64,000 bases of DNA from Octopus vulgaris (GCA_951406725.2 OX597818.1:33790001-33854000); one strand, 5' to 3'; numbered from the stretch's first letter, positions 29,310 to 42,692 are shown. Program-made: numbers and translations. The notes: generated by a model not told the origin, from the sequence alone.

Positions 29310-29560
29310 CGAGGACGAGAAATATAACATTATCTGCACTTAATTTTGAAGAGGCTGGTCTGATAACTGATATGATGCCATAGATATAAATGAGAAAAAG
29401 AACAGGGCCCAAAAGATTTCCTTGCAGCACATCTCTTTCAACTTGAAGATACTGAAGAAAGGTATTCGATACGAACAAACTAAATTCTGTCAGATAATAG
29501 TTGCAAGTATTTATTGATAAGAACACCATAAAAGATGGAATATAATTTCAAATTATTTGA
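29310..29560 (-). pseudogene. Ancient CR1/L2-type reverse transcriptase remnant
   Basis: Peptide DVLQGNLLGPVLFLIYIYG...KLSADN resembles GVPQGSVLGP.LFLIYIND...LFADD. Confidence 0.65.
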
Positions 29561-29968
29561 GCGCTACAAAGTGTTTTCTATATTAAGATTCTTTCAATCT
29601 CATCTGTAGACTATATACATGTATATGTATATAAGGATGTATGCTTGTACATATATGTGAGTGTTAGAAATTATTTTATATTAAGTATTGTATAAATTTA
29701 ATAGCTTTAGTGTTATATACAATATGTTAACTATCATCTAAAGCATTTCACAAGTTAATTGAATTGTGCTCGGCTTTTAAACATTTTATAAGTGTTTGCT
29801 TCATCTTAACTACAAACACATAAAAGTCAAACGCCAATCAACTGATTTATATTTCTCATTTCAAGGCCTTGAATAGTTTCTTAATTACTAGAGAATATTT
29901 CATTGAATTGAATTCCCAAATAAACTACCTTGTAAACAAGCGAATTTTTTTTTATATTTCTTAATATA

Positions 29969-30372
29969 CGCAGGAGTGGCTGTGTGGTAAGTAGCTTGCT
30001 AACCAACCACATGGTTCCGGGTTCAGTCCCACTGTGTGGGACCTTGGGCAAGTGTCTTCTGCTATAGCCTCGGGCCGACCAAAGTCTTGTGAGTGGATTT
30101 GGTAGACGGAAACTGAAAGAAGCCTGTCGTATATATGTATATGTGTATATATATGTGTGTGTGTATGTTTGTGTGTCTGTGTTTGTCCCCCTAGCATTGC
30201 TTGACAACCGATGCTGGTGCGTTTATGTCCCCGTCACTTAGCGGTTCGGCAAAAGAGACCGATAGAGTAAGTACTAGGCTTACAAGGAATAAGTCCTGGG
30301 GTTGATTTGCTCGACTAAACGCGGTGCTCCAGCATGGCCGCAGTCAAATGACTGAAACAAGTAAAAGAGAGA
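29969..30372 (+). mobile_element. Full-length tRNA-derived CORE-like SINE family B
   Basis: A-box TGGCTGTGTGG, B-box GGTTCAGTCCC, CORE-like ACCTTGGGCAAGTGTCTT, internal (TA)/(TG) tract, tail GCGGTGCTCCAGCATGGCCGCAGTC..CTGAAAC. Confidence 0.9.
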
Positions 30373-30597
30373 GTAAAAGTGTATATCACCACCGTTATTA
30401 CCTCGTTTTATTGCTAATCCTTATGAATCGAATAGATCTTTGCTTACCGTTTCCTTTACCCTATGTTGATTGGAATATTATTTTATCATTACGAATACTA
30501 GTACTACTACAACTATTACTCTTATTACAGTTCATAGATTTCGTTTTTGGATTTGGTTTGCAAGATTCTTTATATGAGTTCGTATATTGAAACATAA

Positions 30598-30790
30598 TCT
30601 GTTGTGTCTGGGGAGAGTCATTCTCTTTTAGCGCTTTATTATTTAACACACTAAAGACTATTGAAAAGGCTGCAAGACGCAACGAAAATTTTAGAAAAAT
30701 ATAGAAGGAAATAAGTGGAAATTTTACCGGTGAGTGTGTTATATAATAAGGCACTAAAAGAGAATGACTCTCCCCAGACACAACAGTTCA
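30598..30790. mobile_element. Fold-back element (about 55-bp inverted arms) enclosing a U3-A8 hammerhead-like motif at 30658-30694 (+)
   Basis: Arms CTGTTGTGTCTGGGGAGAGTCATTCTCTTTTAG..AACACACT and its reverse complement; inside CTA-TTGAAAA-GGCTGC-AAGAC-GCAAC-GAAAATTT-TAG. Confidence 0.6.
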
Positions 30791-31166
30791 TAGATTATTT
30801 CACCATTATGTCAACTGGTGATTTCTTAGATGCAGGTTCAATGTTTCCTCTCGACGCGTGTAGTCAATTTTCGCCTTCAGTCAATTTTCAGATAAGAATA
30901 GTCGCAAGTATTGATAAGAACGCCATAAAAATTATAACTACTTTTTCATTTCTTCCATGTTTTACAGAAAAGAATTGTTTATCGTAAAGCATAATGACGA
31001 AGAAATTGTGGCAAACAGCAATGGTATTAGTTTTATAGTTAAAACGATATTTCCTTCGCGACTTTCTGAATCTCTTTTTGTTAAGTTACATTAAGAATAT
31101 GACATCAAAACTCTTAACTTAAATGGATATATATGTATACATATGTGGATGCCTTTCTATACTTTT

Positions 31167-31572
31167 GTACTCTTGTTTCAGTCATGTGACTGTGGCCATG
31201 CTGAAGCACCGCCTTTAGTCGAGCAAATCGACCCCGGGACTTATTCTTTGTAAGCCTAGTACTTATTCTATCGGTCTCTTTTTGCCGAACTGCTAAGTTA
31301 CGGGGACATAAACACACCAGCATCGGTTGTCAAGCGATGATGGGGGAAACAAACATAGACACACAAACACATACACACATATACATATATATATACATAC
31401 ATATTTATGACGGGCTTCTTTCGGTTTCCGCCTACTAAATCCACTCACAAGGCTCTGGTCTGCCCGAGGCTATAGTAGGAGACACTTGCCCAAGGGGCCA
31501 CTCAGTGGGACTGAACCCGGAATCATGTGGTTCGTAAGCAAGCTACTTACCACATAGTCACTCGTACGCCTA
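31167..31572 (-). mobile_element. Full-length SINE family B
   Basis: Reverse-complement match to 29969-30372. Confidence 0.9.
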
Positions 31573-32201
31573 TAAATTTTTATAAGATGAGGATAAAGGC
31601 ATTGATATACGGCTTAAAAGTTTGATTTGATGGTCATATGCATTTATATGTTTGGGTTTGTCTTCACCAACACAATTTGAGAACCGGTATAGTTTTGTAT
31701 ATAGGCGCAGACGTAGCTGTGTGGTAAGAAGCTTGCTGCCCAACCACATACTTCCGGATTCAGTTCCATAGCATGGCACCTTGAACAAGAATCTTATACT
31801 ATAGCCAGGGGCCAACCAAAGCCTTCTGAGTAGATTTGGTAGACGGTAAATGAAAGAAGCTTGAAAATCAGTGTTGGTGTGTTGACGTCCCCATAATTTA
31901 GATGTTTGTACCATTTTCATATTCACTCGTAAAATATTGGCCGTTCAGAATTTATAACAGACGGCACTTGACCAAAATGTCGCACAATAGGACTGAACCC
32001 CAAAATCAGGCAGAGACAAACTTCTAAGCCCCATATCAATGAAATTTTTACAGTAATATTCGCCTGGGAATAAGAACTACCTTTATCCTTATCTTATAAA
32101 TATTTCATATTATTTTCTTATTCGTACTACAAATTGTATTAATGTTTCCGAGGATCGCATCGCTGAGTATTCAATCAGAGTAATATTAGTCTCCGTTTTC
32201 A

Positions 32202-32415
32202 AGGTGGCGAACTGGCAGAAACGTTAGCGCATCGGGCGAAATGCTTAGCAGCATTTCATCTGTCCTTACGTTCTGAGTTCAAATTCCGACGAGGTCGACT
32301 GTACCTTTTGTCCTTTCAGGGTCGATAAATTGAGAACCAGTTGCATACTGAAGTAGGTCTAATCGACTGCCCCCTTCCCAAAAATTCTGGACCTTGTACG
32401 TAGAGTAGAAAAGAA
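32202..32415 (+). mobile_element. SINE family A
   Basis: Match to the head and body of 19825-20056. Confidence 0.85.
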
Positions 32416-32605
32416 TATTTGTCTTCGTTTTGCTTTTTTTTTACATCTACAATTTATTCTTTCTACTTAACCATTCACTCGCCACTACTTGCAAGCATTG
32501 TGTAGTATATGCTTCAGCAGGGTCATTCACACACGCACACACACACATCCATATATATATATATATAGATAGATACACACACACACACACACACACACAT
32601 CACAT

Positions 32606-32634
<29 letters not shown>

Positions 32635-32636
<2 letters not shown>

Positions 32637-32854
32637 TTCAATCATTTTTGACTGCGGCTATACCGGGGTTTAGCGGAACAAATCGATTCCCAGAGCTTAC
32701 TTTTAAAGCCTGGTACTTATTCTATCGCTCTGTTTTGCCGAACCGCAAATTTACGGAGACGTAAACGCACTAACACCGGTTGTCTAACGGCGGTGGGAGA
32801 CAAACACAAATACAAATGTCACACGCGCAAACACACACACACACACACACACAT

Positions 32855-32888
<34 letters not shown>

Positions 32889-33005
32889 GACAGGCCGCTT
32901 TCAGTTTTTGTCACAAGGTTTTGGTCGGCCCGAGGCTATAGTAGAAGACAGTTACCCAAGATGCCACGCAGTGGGACTAAACCTGGAACCATGTGGTTGA
33001 GAAGC
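32635..33005 (-). mobile_element. SINE family B with an internal deletion
   Basis: Reverse-complement match to family B. Confidence 0.8.
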
Positions 33006-34947
33006 AAGCCATATAAACGAGCTGTTCCACGGTTTCCGTCTTTGATAATTTCAATTGGAAAAACTTCGTTAAGCATTGTATATATTCTATATTTATTACC
33101 ACAATAGTTATTTTTTATCTTATCAACCTAAAGGGAAAAATACAAAGGTAACCTCTTGTAAGATTTGAACTCAGAATGTGAAGTTACGTAACTAAAAGTA
33201 ACATATTACTCTAAATTGCTCCTTACGGACACAACCGAGCTGTTGCCATTTTGAAGCAACATTATAAAAATGAGAGAAAGTAAAAGTTTTATTCTAACCA
33301 ATGACTTTCACCTTTAAACAAATGCTCACGTTGGTGTTGTTTTCGTTGTTATTCCAGCTGGCAGTTCTTATCGTTGTTATCCACTGCAGTTCTGTCAATT
33401 GTTTCCTCTCAATGAAAGCAAGGTTTCAGTTACATAGCTCAGGTCATTACAGAGTTTTATAGTTTCAGGTGCACATCGAGCGGAGGAATATCATCTCATG
33501 AACAAAGGAGAAAGTAACGTCTGTTATAAAAAGCAGAAAAGAATTGCCAAAACAATGGGTGAAAGAAAGTGAATATTCTGAAAAGAAAAACACGATTTCT
33601 TTTCAGTTTTAAGACAGTATTTCAATGCACCACATTATATAACTGGAGCAGCCACAGGTGTTAAAACCTGTAAGATTCTGGCATATCCATAATAGTAAAA
33701 TGTTATCAACCAAAGTGTTATATTCTCCCTTCATTTTCAGTTATAAAATTGCATTCTATTTATTGAGATTTTTGTGTTCAAACCCAAATTAGATTTGTTA
33801 AATATACATCAGATTCAATCTTAGTTGATAAAATATATAAAATAATATATGCGTTTATATCATTGGCGATAAAGTTTTAATACTGTTTTTATGTATTTCT
33901 CATGTCATAAAGCATTTTACTGAATGATTTGTGTTAACTTAATGCAATGATATTTGGTAATGAAAGCTATATGTATATATCCAGCAGCGTATGTCAAAAT
34001 GAACATCAATTCCATCAGCCTGTTCGCTGTGGTAAGGCGTGGAAAGGTCATGGATTATGTCATATCTGTCTGAATAAATAGCATCGAAAAATAGTTAAGA
34101 TACAATAAAAATTGGAGACGGTTGCATTTAATATCATTAAGAATATGGCGGAGGGAAGATATCCCAGAGGAGTTTATAGCATATTAAATAGAAATACAGT
34201 AGAGGCTCATAAATGCGTTATAGTGAGTCGGAATCCTTCGATCAACTGATATCTAATCAGATGGCAGTCATTAATTATTTACAAATTACGTAGATAATTT
34301 CATTTGATTGAAACTTTTCAGCTTTCTATTTTACATATGAGCCAATACCGTATTCAAATTATTATCAAAAGAAAAGATTACTAGGAATTACTTTATTGTT
34401 AAAGAAGGGAATTTTACCTTTCTCCTTGCGCCCAGCTCAAAAGGGTCGGTAAATATGTGGCAAAATAATTGCCAGTTTAATACAAATATTTATCTAACAA
34501 AATCTGTAGGAAAATTTGAACATGGAAAAAATCACGTGAGAAATCTCCACTTCCAAATTTTTCTTTGCTCCTTAAAAAGGAGAGATTAACCAAACTTCAA
34601 ACGTCGTTCCTTCAAGATGGCGTCTATTGACACACGTGTCCAATAATGAAATTTTTGCATGCAGATCTACTAAGAATGAAATGCACAAGATGAGTTAAAA
34701 ACTAGGATACGTTCAAAGCTATCGTCTTATTCTTTCAAAACTCCATCATATTTGAATATTGAAGACGAGATGTGGAAAATATTTTACGGTGAGTTTGGAA
34801 AGAAAAACAGATAAAACAACAGCATGCATATTACGTAAAAATTTCTTGAATGGAAAAATGGAACACGACACCTGTTATTCAAATTACAGAAACCCGCAGT
34901 TAGTCTGCGATTTATTTTCCATCCAAGAATTCTTTTATTATCTAATA

Positions 34948-35172
34948 CAGTACCCGCTCGCCATATCGCGGTTCACCTATCACGGTTTATTATTTAAGCT
35001 TACGTTGATTCCTCCGTGTTGTTGTTTTTGCATTTATAATAAAATAAATATACACAAATTATTAAAATAATAAAAAAAATATACCGTACAATACTGATTG
35101 TACTTCGTGAATTTTCATCTATCGTGGGGTAGGGAGGGAAACGTAATACCCGCGATAGTCGAGGGATTGCTG
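34948..35172. mobile_element. Tigger/pogo-like MITE
   Basis: TA-CAGTACCCGCTCGCCATATCGCGG ... CCGCGATAGTCGAGGGATTGCTG-TA: imperfect TIRs with a TA duplication. Confidence 0.75.
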
Positions 35173-35254
35173 TATACCTCATACTATTATTTGTAGCTGT
35201 AACCACTTCGAGATTCACCATGAAACATATATATATAATAAATAAATAAATGCA

Positions 35255-35497
35255 CCCTTTTAAAGACTAGCCAGGCTCATGGACCCGGTTTCCCGGTTTC
35301 TATGGCGTATGTATTCCCCAGCTGGACGGGACGCCCGTCCATCCTAGCGTTACTCATTTTTGCCAGCTGACAGAACTGGAGCAACGGGAAATGAAGTGTT
35401 TTGCTCAAGAACACAACGCGTGGCCCGGTCCAAGTATTGAAACTACACTCTTACGATCACGATGCTGATACCCTAATCACTAAGCCACGCGCCTCCA
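35255..35497 (-). mobile_element. tRNA-derived CORE-like SINE (family C head, different tail)
   Basis: Minus strand GGAGGCGCGTGGCTTAGTGATTAGGG...TGTGTTCTTGAGCAAAACACTT. Confidence 0.8.
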
Positions 35498-35505
35498 CAC
35501 CCCCC

Positions 35506-35551
<46 letters not shown>

Positions 35552-35558
35552 CATATGT

Positions 35559-35598
<40 letters not shown>

Positions 35599-36051
35599 AT
35601 GTGTGTGTGTGTGTGGGGGGGGTTTCTGTGTAAGTATATATAGATTTATCAAGGAGGAAATACCTTACAAAGCTACTGTTATTTCAATACGTACGCGTTA
35701 CTTATCGAAAATTCTAAAACATTCCCATCTTTGAAAAGAGGCAAATCTATATTTAAGCAACTGTGCCGTATTACTCAGTTGATAAATGAAACCAGGCACT
35801 AAGTTCCATAAGACATAGTGTTCTTTATTCAGTTGCAGTTTTCCGGAGTTCGTGTGTGCTTGCGTGCATGTTCAAAAATCTTAGATCGTTTTTCTAGAAA
35901 CATCCTGAAATACGAATGTGTCTTTCTTTTGCTAGGAAGCTTCTCGAGTGCGAAGGCAGCAGTAAAGACGCGCACGCAAGTGCGCTTGTATGTGTATGTG
36001 CAATACATATACATGTAATGTTATGCATATGTGTGTGTTTCTGTATTTGTA

Positions 36052-36088
<37 letters not shown>

Positions 36089-37584
36089 ATACTTATGTCT
36101 ATTTTCATATTTTTACACACGTGGGCTATTATGAATTTTTTGTTTTTTTGTTTTTGTATATACATCTGCGTGTGAAAGAAATGAAGAATGATTGTAGCAT
36201 GCAAGTATGTGCTTTGTATGTTTTTTTTTGCATGTGTTTGCGAGCGTGTGTGCATGTGTGTGTGTGTGTGTGTATGTGTGTGTGGTTGTGTCTGTGTGTT
36301 TGTGTCTGTGTGCGCATGTGTGTGCGTGCGTGCGCGCTTTTAAAAATGGAACTGGAAGGCATTGCACAGGTTTCAAATAAGTTTCAGGTATCTATTATCC
36401 CTGAGGCATAATCTTTTCATGAACATTTCCTTGAAAGCAACAGCTAAAAGGAACACATATACGTGTGTATCGCAGTATATCAGTGTGAAGAGGTTCGCAC
36501 ACGTGTAGGCCTGTGTGTTTATGCGCGCGAGTTCGTGTCTGCATATGTGTATGTATCGCTGTGTTTGAATGTCTGTCTATAACTCAGTTTCATTTTTATA
36601 TATTTTTATCGTTTCATGTATATATATTTGCATGATGTTCAAGCATTATGAATGGCTGTATTTGAAAAGTAGGTGTGCGTTTGAGTAATTGTTTGAGTGT
36701 GTTTCTGCATATATGCACATATATGCTAATGTGGAATTATGTTAGCACGCAAGCTGCTACATAGACGTTTGTGTGTGCTTGTGTGCTTAGATGCCCATCA
36801 GAATAAAAGTAACCGAATGGATCAATGCATCTTTCGTCGTTACATGCATGCAACATACATGCTTATATTGCATACATAATTACATATACACATTTAACCG
36901 TAGTACAGGCATACATATTCATTTCTAATCAAATCCCTGTTGTATAGCGATATGCATAGATGAATATGTGTGCGCCTGACTCCGTACCTCTAAATCACTG
37001 TGCGACTGTGTGTATTTGAAAAGACAAAATGAGAAAGAAACGAGAAGAGAGAGAGAGAGAAGAGAGAGAGAGAAGAATGGAGAAAGGTAGATACATGAGG
37101 AAAGAGAGAGATAAATTAAAAGTAACAATAAAGGAGAGAGAGAGAGAGAGAGAGAGATGTGTCGAGAATGTTTCTCTTATATAATCTGCATCGGAATCTC
37201 GGCTTGTGTAGCACAGCATTACCCTATTAGTTCCAGTAATATAGACACATGTCCTTTAACACAATGCAACGTCCATCTACAACAAAAGCCTAACATCAGA
37301 CAAAACTTTTATTGGCGGTTTTAATATCTACTTTGCTTAAAGAGAACTTCCAAGTTCGTTCCAAGCAATAACACTGCGTAAAATTGGTGTTTACAAGTTC
37401 GCAGGTTTATCGACTTATAATGTAATAATCTACTATATAGTGCTTTTTATCGACTTATAATGTACTCCATACTATGTTTTATCGGCATTTAATGTACTGT
37501 ATAGGAGGTTTTAATCATGTGCTACATAGGCACACACACACATACACAAATATTATCCTATCTATCTATCTATTTATCTATCTA

Positions 37585-37627
<43 letters not shown>

Positions 37628-37659
37628 TATTTCTCTCTCTCTCTTTCTCTCTTACTCTT

Positions 37660-37728
<69 letters not shown>

Positions 37729-37909
37729 GTCATGATACACATACTTTCATAATGATAGATAGATAGATATATATATAAATATACACACACACACACACAC
37801 ACACAACATATATATATATATACATATATACATATATACACATATGTCATGATACACATATATATACATACATATATACATATGTCATGATACTTATATG
37901 CATACTTTC

Positions 37910-37984
<75 letters not shown>

Positions 37985-39329
37985 CAGCTACAGTTGTATG
38001 TGTATGTGTGTAGTCATTTTACTTTCTTTTCTCTTCTCTAAAACTTCCAGGTTTTAACACATTTATGCATATGCATCTGTACGTTTTATGCAACAACACC
38101 TTTTCATCTCTCGCCCGATGTTAAATACGGGATTTTCTGCTGATGTATGATTATAAGCACACACTCACACAAACACACATGAGCATTTGATGTGCATGTA
38201 TGCATATCTCTATGTGTTCACGTCTGTTTCAATAGTTTTCTTGAAGAGTAGTGACATTAAAATTAAGTTACTATAGACTCATGATCTGCATTAGTTTGCA
38301 GGAGGCAAGGCGAATATGAATAGGATCTAACGGGATAGGTTTTATAGTGGATCAACGATTCATCTACGCGCTTATAACTTTATAACATTACAAACTGACA
38401 AAAGCTGGAATGGTGTGTATGTCATTAATCAGTTTTATTTCAAGATTTCTTGCTAAGAGAGAAAGAGCTGGTTTCTAACCTTCATCCAAGGCCCCTTTAT
38501 TGAAATTTCAACATCAACGAGATGTTTTTGTTTGTATGTATTTATGTATGTATGTATGTATTTATTTATGTATGTATTATGTATGTATGTGTGTGAGTGT
38601 GTATGTATGTATGTATGTATGTATGTATGTATGTATGTATGTATGTATGTATGTATGTATGTATGTATGTATGTATGCTGCATCGTCGGGGACTAAACTG
38701 GTAACCCCATCAAGCTTGATTGTTTGATTGTTGGACACCCTTCAGGATGAAAAATAAGACTTTTCAAAGGGTGGAAGAGCTTACGAGCAGTCAATAGCCA
38801 TCCAACAACATGTGCAAGTATGCATGTATGTATGCTCGGGGACGTCGAAATACCTGGGTCAGTCCAGGCGCACGGCCGGCTCAGTAGGAGGCCCGTCTGT
38901 TGTTGTCATAACAACTCTCTAGGAGAGTGAAAACCTGCGACACTGACAATATTCGATGATGTAGTTCGTCTATGTATGTTCTTCTATGTATGTATGTATG
39001 TATGTACGTATGTATGTATTACCTATGTACGTATATATGTATAATATGTATCTATGTCGTATGCATGTACATATGCATGTATGTGCATGCATATGTATCT
39101 CTGTGTGTACATGCATGCGTGTGTGTGTATGTGTGTGTGTGAGAGTGTGTGTGTGTGTGTGTGTTTCTTTGGGTTTTATTTAAGTTCTAACATGAGCTCA
39201 AGCCGGTCGCCAACAAAACGACAAGACATTTGGAGTTAAAAGACTTCCCGGAATTTGCAAATATGCGTGGATGGTGAGTGATTGAATTGTCGATGTATAC
39301 ACTTAGGTGTATGTATCTATTCCTCTAAG

Positions 39330-39850
39330 GAATCCCAAATAAAGAATCTGTAGAACATCTTACAAATCTTCACTGTGCCACTAACAGATTGAACTTGGAA
39401 AATGTGCGTCAGTTTCTTTTCCTCTTACTTCTAGTTCTTCTAGTTTCTATAGATTTTTGTGTAAAATTATAGGTATGTAATCGAATTCACCTATAAATTT
39501 AGATACAATTAAGAATTTGCTATTAGGGTATAAGAACTGTAAATTCGCATTAATTCGCCATAAATGTTCTCTTTTTCCTGGACGTTTGGTTGTACGTTCA
39601 CAGCCATTGGACCCCCGTGCATGAATTTTGTTCCCTTTCCTACAGAACAATATCAGGTAATTTATGTTTGCACCGAAATACTTTTTTAACCGGATTGTTC
39701 CACTACCATTCCTTCTTTTTAAAGGTGTGGATATATGCTGGTTCTGACATGCTTTTGATGTATACGTCAAAGCCATCCTTCCTACAGATAACGTATTAAA
39801 TAGTCTTCGGAACTATATTATGCTTGAGAGGTAGGTAGTATCTCAAAGTA
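39330..39850 (-). pseudogene. Decayed RLE-type (R4/Dong-like) LINE endonuclease fragment
   Basis: Frameshifted peptides WNNPVK..RCKH..PDIVL and NLQFLYPN; homologous to 63455-63860. Confidence 0.65.
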
Positions 39851-39853
39851 TAT

Positions 39854-39892
<39 letters not shown>

Positions 39893-40032
39893 CAAGGGTA
39901 TAATAGATATTGGTATCTTGAAGACTCGAAGGTTGGCAGGCAACGCTAAGTAGGTGCTATGGACAGACCGTAGTTAAACTCTTTGTTCGATAGTGATACG
40001 AGCAAGGAGTTTAATGTGCGTCTTGTATTAGC

Positions 40033-40104
<72 letters not shown>

Positions 40105-40180
40105 TAGACAAAATGAGATAACAAAGCCAAGGCTGTGAGGAGCTTTGAGGACATTTATAAGGAAAGAGATGTAAATATAA

Positions 40181-40226
40181 TCTTACAGTTGTTTCTGGGA
40201 TATTATGTATATCCCTTCATCAGAGA
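40181..40226 (-). ncRNA. Type I minimal hammerhead ribozyme in a roughly 170-bp microsatellite-flanked element (40103-40272)
   Basis: Minus strand reads TCT-CTGATGA-A-GGGATAT-ACATA-ATATCCC-A-GAAAC-AACT-GTA-AGA; 7-bp stem II, GUA triplet. Confidence 0.8.
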
Positions 40227-40269
40227 CGATGTGAGATGATTAAATAGAGGTAAATGTCCGAATTGGAAG

Positions 40270-40311
<42 letters not shown>

Positions 40312-40337
40312 GTTTAAATATGACCATTCCGAAATAT

Positions 40338-40390
<53 letters not shown>

Positions 40391-40393
<3 letters not shown>

Positions 40394-41192
40394 CATTATA
40401 TAAAAGGGCTTAGTAAAATAAATTACTTTGCCGCATACTGAACTCATTAGAAATAGCAGCTAAAAAAACTTTTCTAAAACTATTTCCAATACTTAAAGAA
40501 ATTTAAAGTAATTTATTTTACTAAGCCCTTTTATATAATGTAATAATTTGAATTCGCCTTAAATGGTCCCTTTGCATACTGAATACTTGGTGAAATTGAT
40601 TAATTAATTAATTTTACCCTCAATTGTTGAAATTATAATTCATCTCTCTCTATTTAATGCCTCGGATTTTACCGAAAAAAAGCATGTTGTTTGCTGATTT
40701 TAACCCACGCTGGTGGAAGGGGGAGAGCAGAAATTCTTCGCTTGCATATTTGAATTTGCTGGCACTGTTAGTTTCGAGTAGATCTTCAGAGGCGATGGGA
40801 AGCCGAAAAGGTATGCTCCTACTTTCAGTGTTTTCAAATCCAAACCAGGGAGTTCTGAGCTGATGATAGAAGTGTCGTTTTTGACTAATCTTGAAACGTA
40901 CGTTCTCAAATAACCTTTGCATTTGATTTTTTAATGTTTCTACCCTCATACTTTCGTGAGTTGAATTGAGCAAACACTATATGAGAGAGATTTTCTTTAA
41001 GTATTGGAAATAGTTTTAGAAAAGTTTTTTTAGCTGCTATTTCTAATGAGTTCAGTATGCGGCAAAGTAATTTATTTTACTAAGCCCTTTTATATAATGT
41101 AATAATTTGAATTCGCCTTAAATGGTCCCTTTGCATACTGAATACTTGGTGAAATTGATTAATTAATTAATTTTACCCTCAATTGTTGAAAT
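40391..41192 (+). mobile_element. Non-autonomous PLE/retrozyme-like element: inverted 5' arm, partial tandem repeat and HHR, inserted in (TA)n
   Basis: 40391-40500 is the reverse complement of about 40993-41103; 40505-40633 equals 41064-41192 (period 559 bp); (TA)n on both sides. Confidence 0.85.
40856..40908 (+). ncRNA. Type I hammerhead ribozyme
   Basis: TGAG-CTGATGA-T-AGA-AGT-GTC-GTTTTT-GAC-TAA-TCT-T-GAAAC-GTAC-GTT-CTCA: stem I TGAG/CTCA, palindromic stem III ACGTACGT, GUU triplet. Confidence 0.85.
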
Positions 41193-41346
41193 ATATATAT
41201 ATATATATATATTCTGCTATAGCCACAAGGGCTGAAATTCGAAGTGAAGGGGCTAGTTATTTACATTGGCCTCTGTACTCAACTGGTATTTATTTTATCA
41301 GCCCCAAAAGGTTGGGTCGTAAAGGTAAACTCGGCGGAATTTGAAC

Positions 41347-41470
<124 letters not shown>

Positions 41471-42692
41471 CGTGAATAGACTTATTTGGACTCGCATTCC
41501 TGTACTCTTTTATTCTATTACTCGTTCCAGATATTTTGTAAATATTGTCTTCATGTGTTGCTCTTAAAAATATGTGTATTTTTATGCTTATGTTATCCAG
41601 TAGATAGTTTATAGTTTTACTTTATAGCTTTGCTTTCAATGTCTTATTAGGGATGACTTGTTAGGCAGTGTTTCTGTCGTTTGCTGTGAAAACTTTTCGG
41701 GGATTATTACACTAAAAAGCAACATGTGTCTTGATATTTTCTGGCCAGAAACTAATCCTGAATAACCGTAATAGTGGGTACACCATTTGGGTACTCAAGA
41801 TTTATATGGTGGTGTTAAACCGGACGTCAGAGTACTACTAATCCCCAAGAACATGTACAATCATTCTGGAGGCTTTCCTCAAAGTATCCATCGACCTAAA
41901 ATTACTGGCATGTGTTGGGTTACCAGATACTACATTAGATGACACTTAAGGTAGGTAATGTGTAGTTGAAGGGAAACAGAAACCAAGTAATTGCAAGATA
42001 AACTTATCAACCACACGAACATAACTGCGACAATAGTACTCTTAATTTCAAGCATCCATACTGTGATCAGCCAGGAATATAGTTATGGGTTCTAATATGG
42101 ATTAAGTTATCGTCCACCATGTCAAATAGTTAACGTCAAAGAAGGAAATTTCTTTCCAAGACAAATTATCTGTGAAATCGGAAATTGCCAAGCTATGTCA
42201 TATAGTTAGCATTATTTAATGAGCACTGACATATTAAGAGGGCTCCAGTGAACCCACTCCAATTATTTTGACGTTGAATCATTTACATGATACATTATTA
42301 TAATGATTCAGGTGAACATTTATACGCATGTACGTGTATCTGTGTCCATATGCATGTGTGTGCATGTGTATGTAGAATATGTGAGTGTTACTGTTATATA
42401 GTTTTGCGGTTTCTTTATTTTTTTCGTCATTATGGTAAGAGTGTACATTTATGCATATATTTACGCAAACATATATGTACACATATATCACCCATGAATC
42501 ACATATGTGCGTATGTATTTTGTGTGTGTATATATATATATATGTATATATGTATGTATACACATACACTCTCACATATATATATATATATACATATATG
42601 TATCATGTGGTAAATGTTCTAATATATAGAGAGATAGAGAGAGAGATTGGTTAATAGAAAATTGATGGAGAGCGGTCTTTTTCTGTGGTAAC

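Noticed and set aside
37720-37910. Three spaced repeats of TACATATGTCATGATAC resembling a CRISPR array
   Set aside because: The spacers are microsatellites, the context is eukaryotic and there are no cas genes; these are slippage duplications.
38690-38960. GC-richer segment resembling an RTE LINE 5' UTR (another RTE-like remnant near 41700-41930)
   Set aside because: It is too decayed to support by eye, and I could not fold an HDV-like ribozyme with confidence.
40650-40973. ORFs inside the 559-bp HHR element
   Set aside because: They are short, lack motifs and overlap on both strands; the element is better explained as non-coding.
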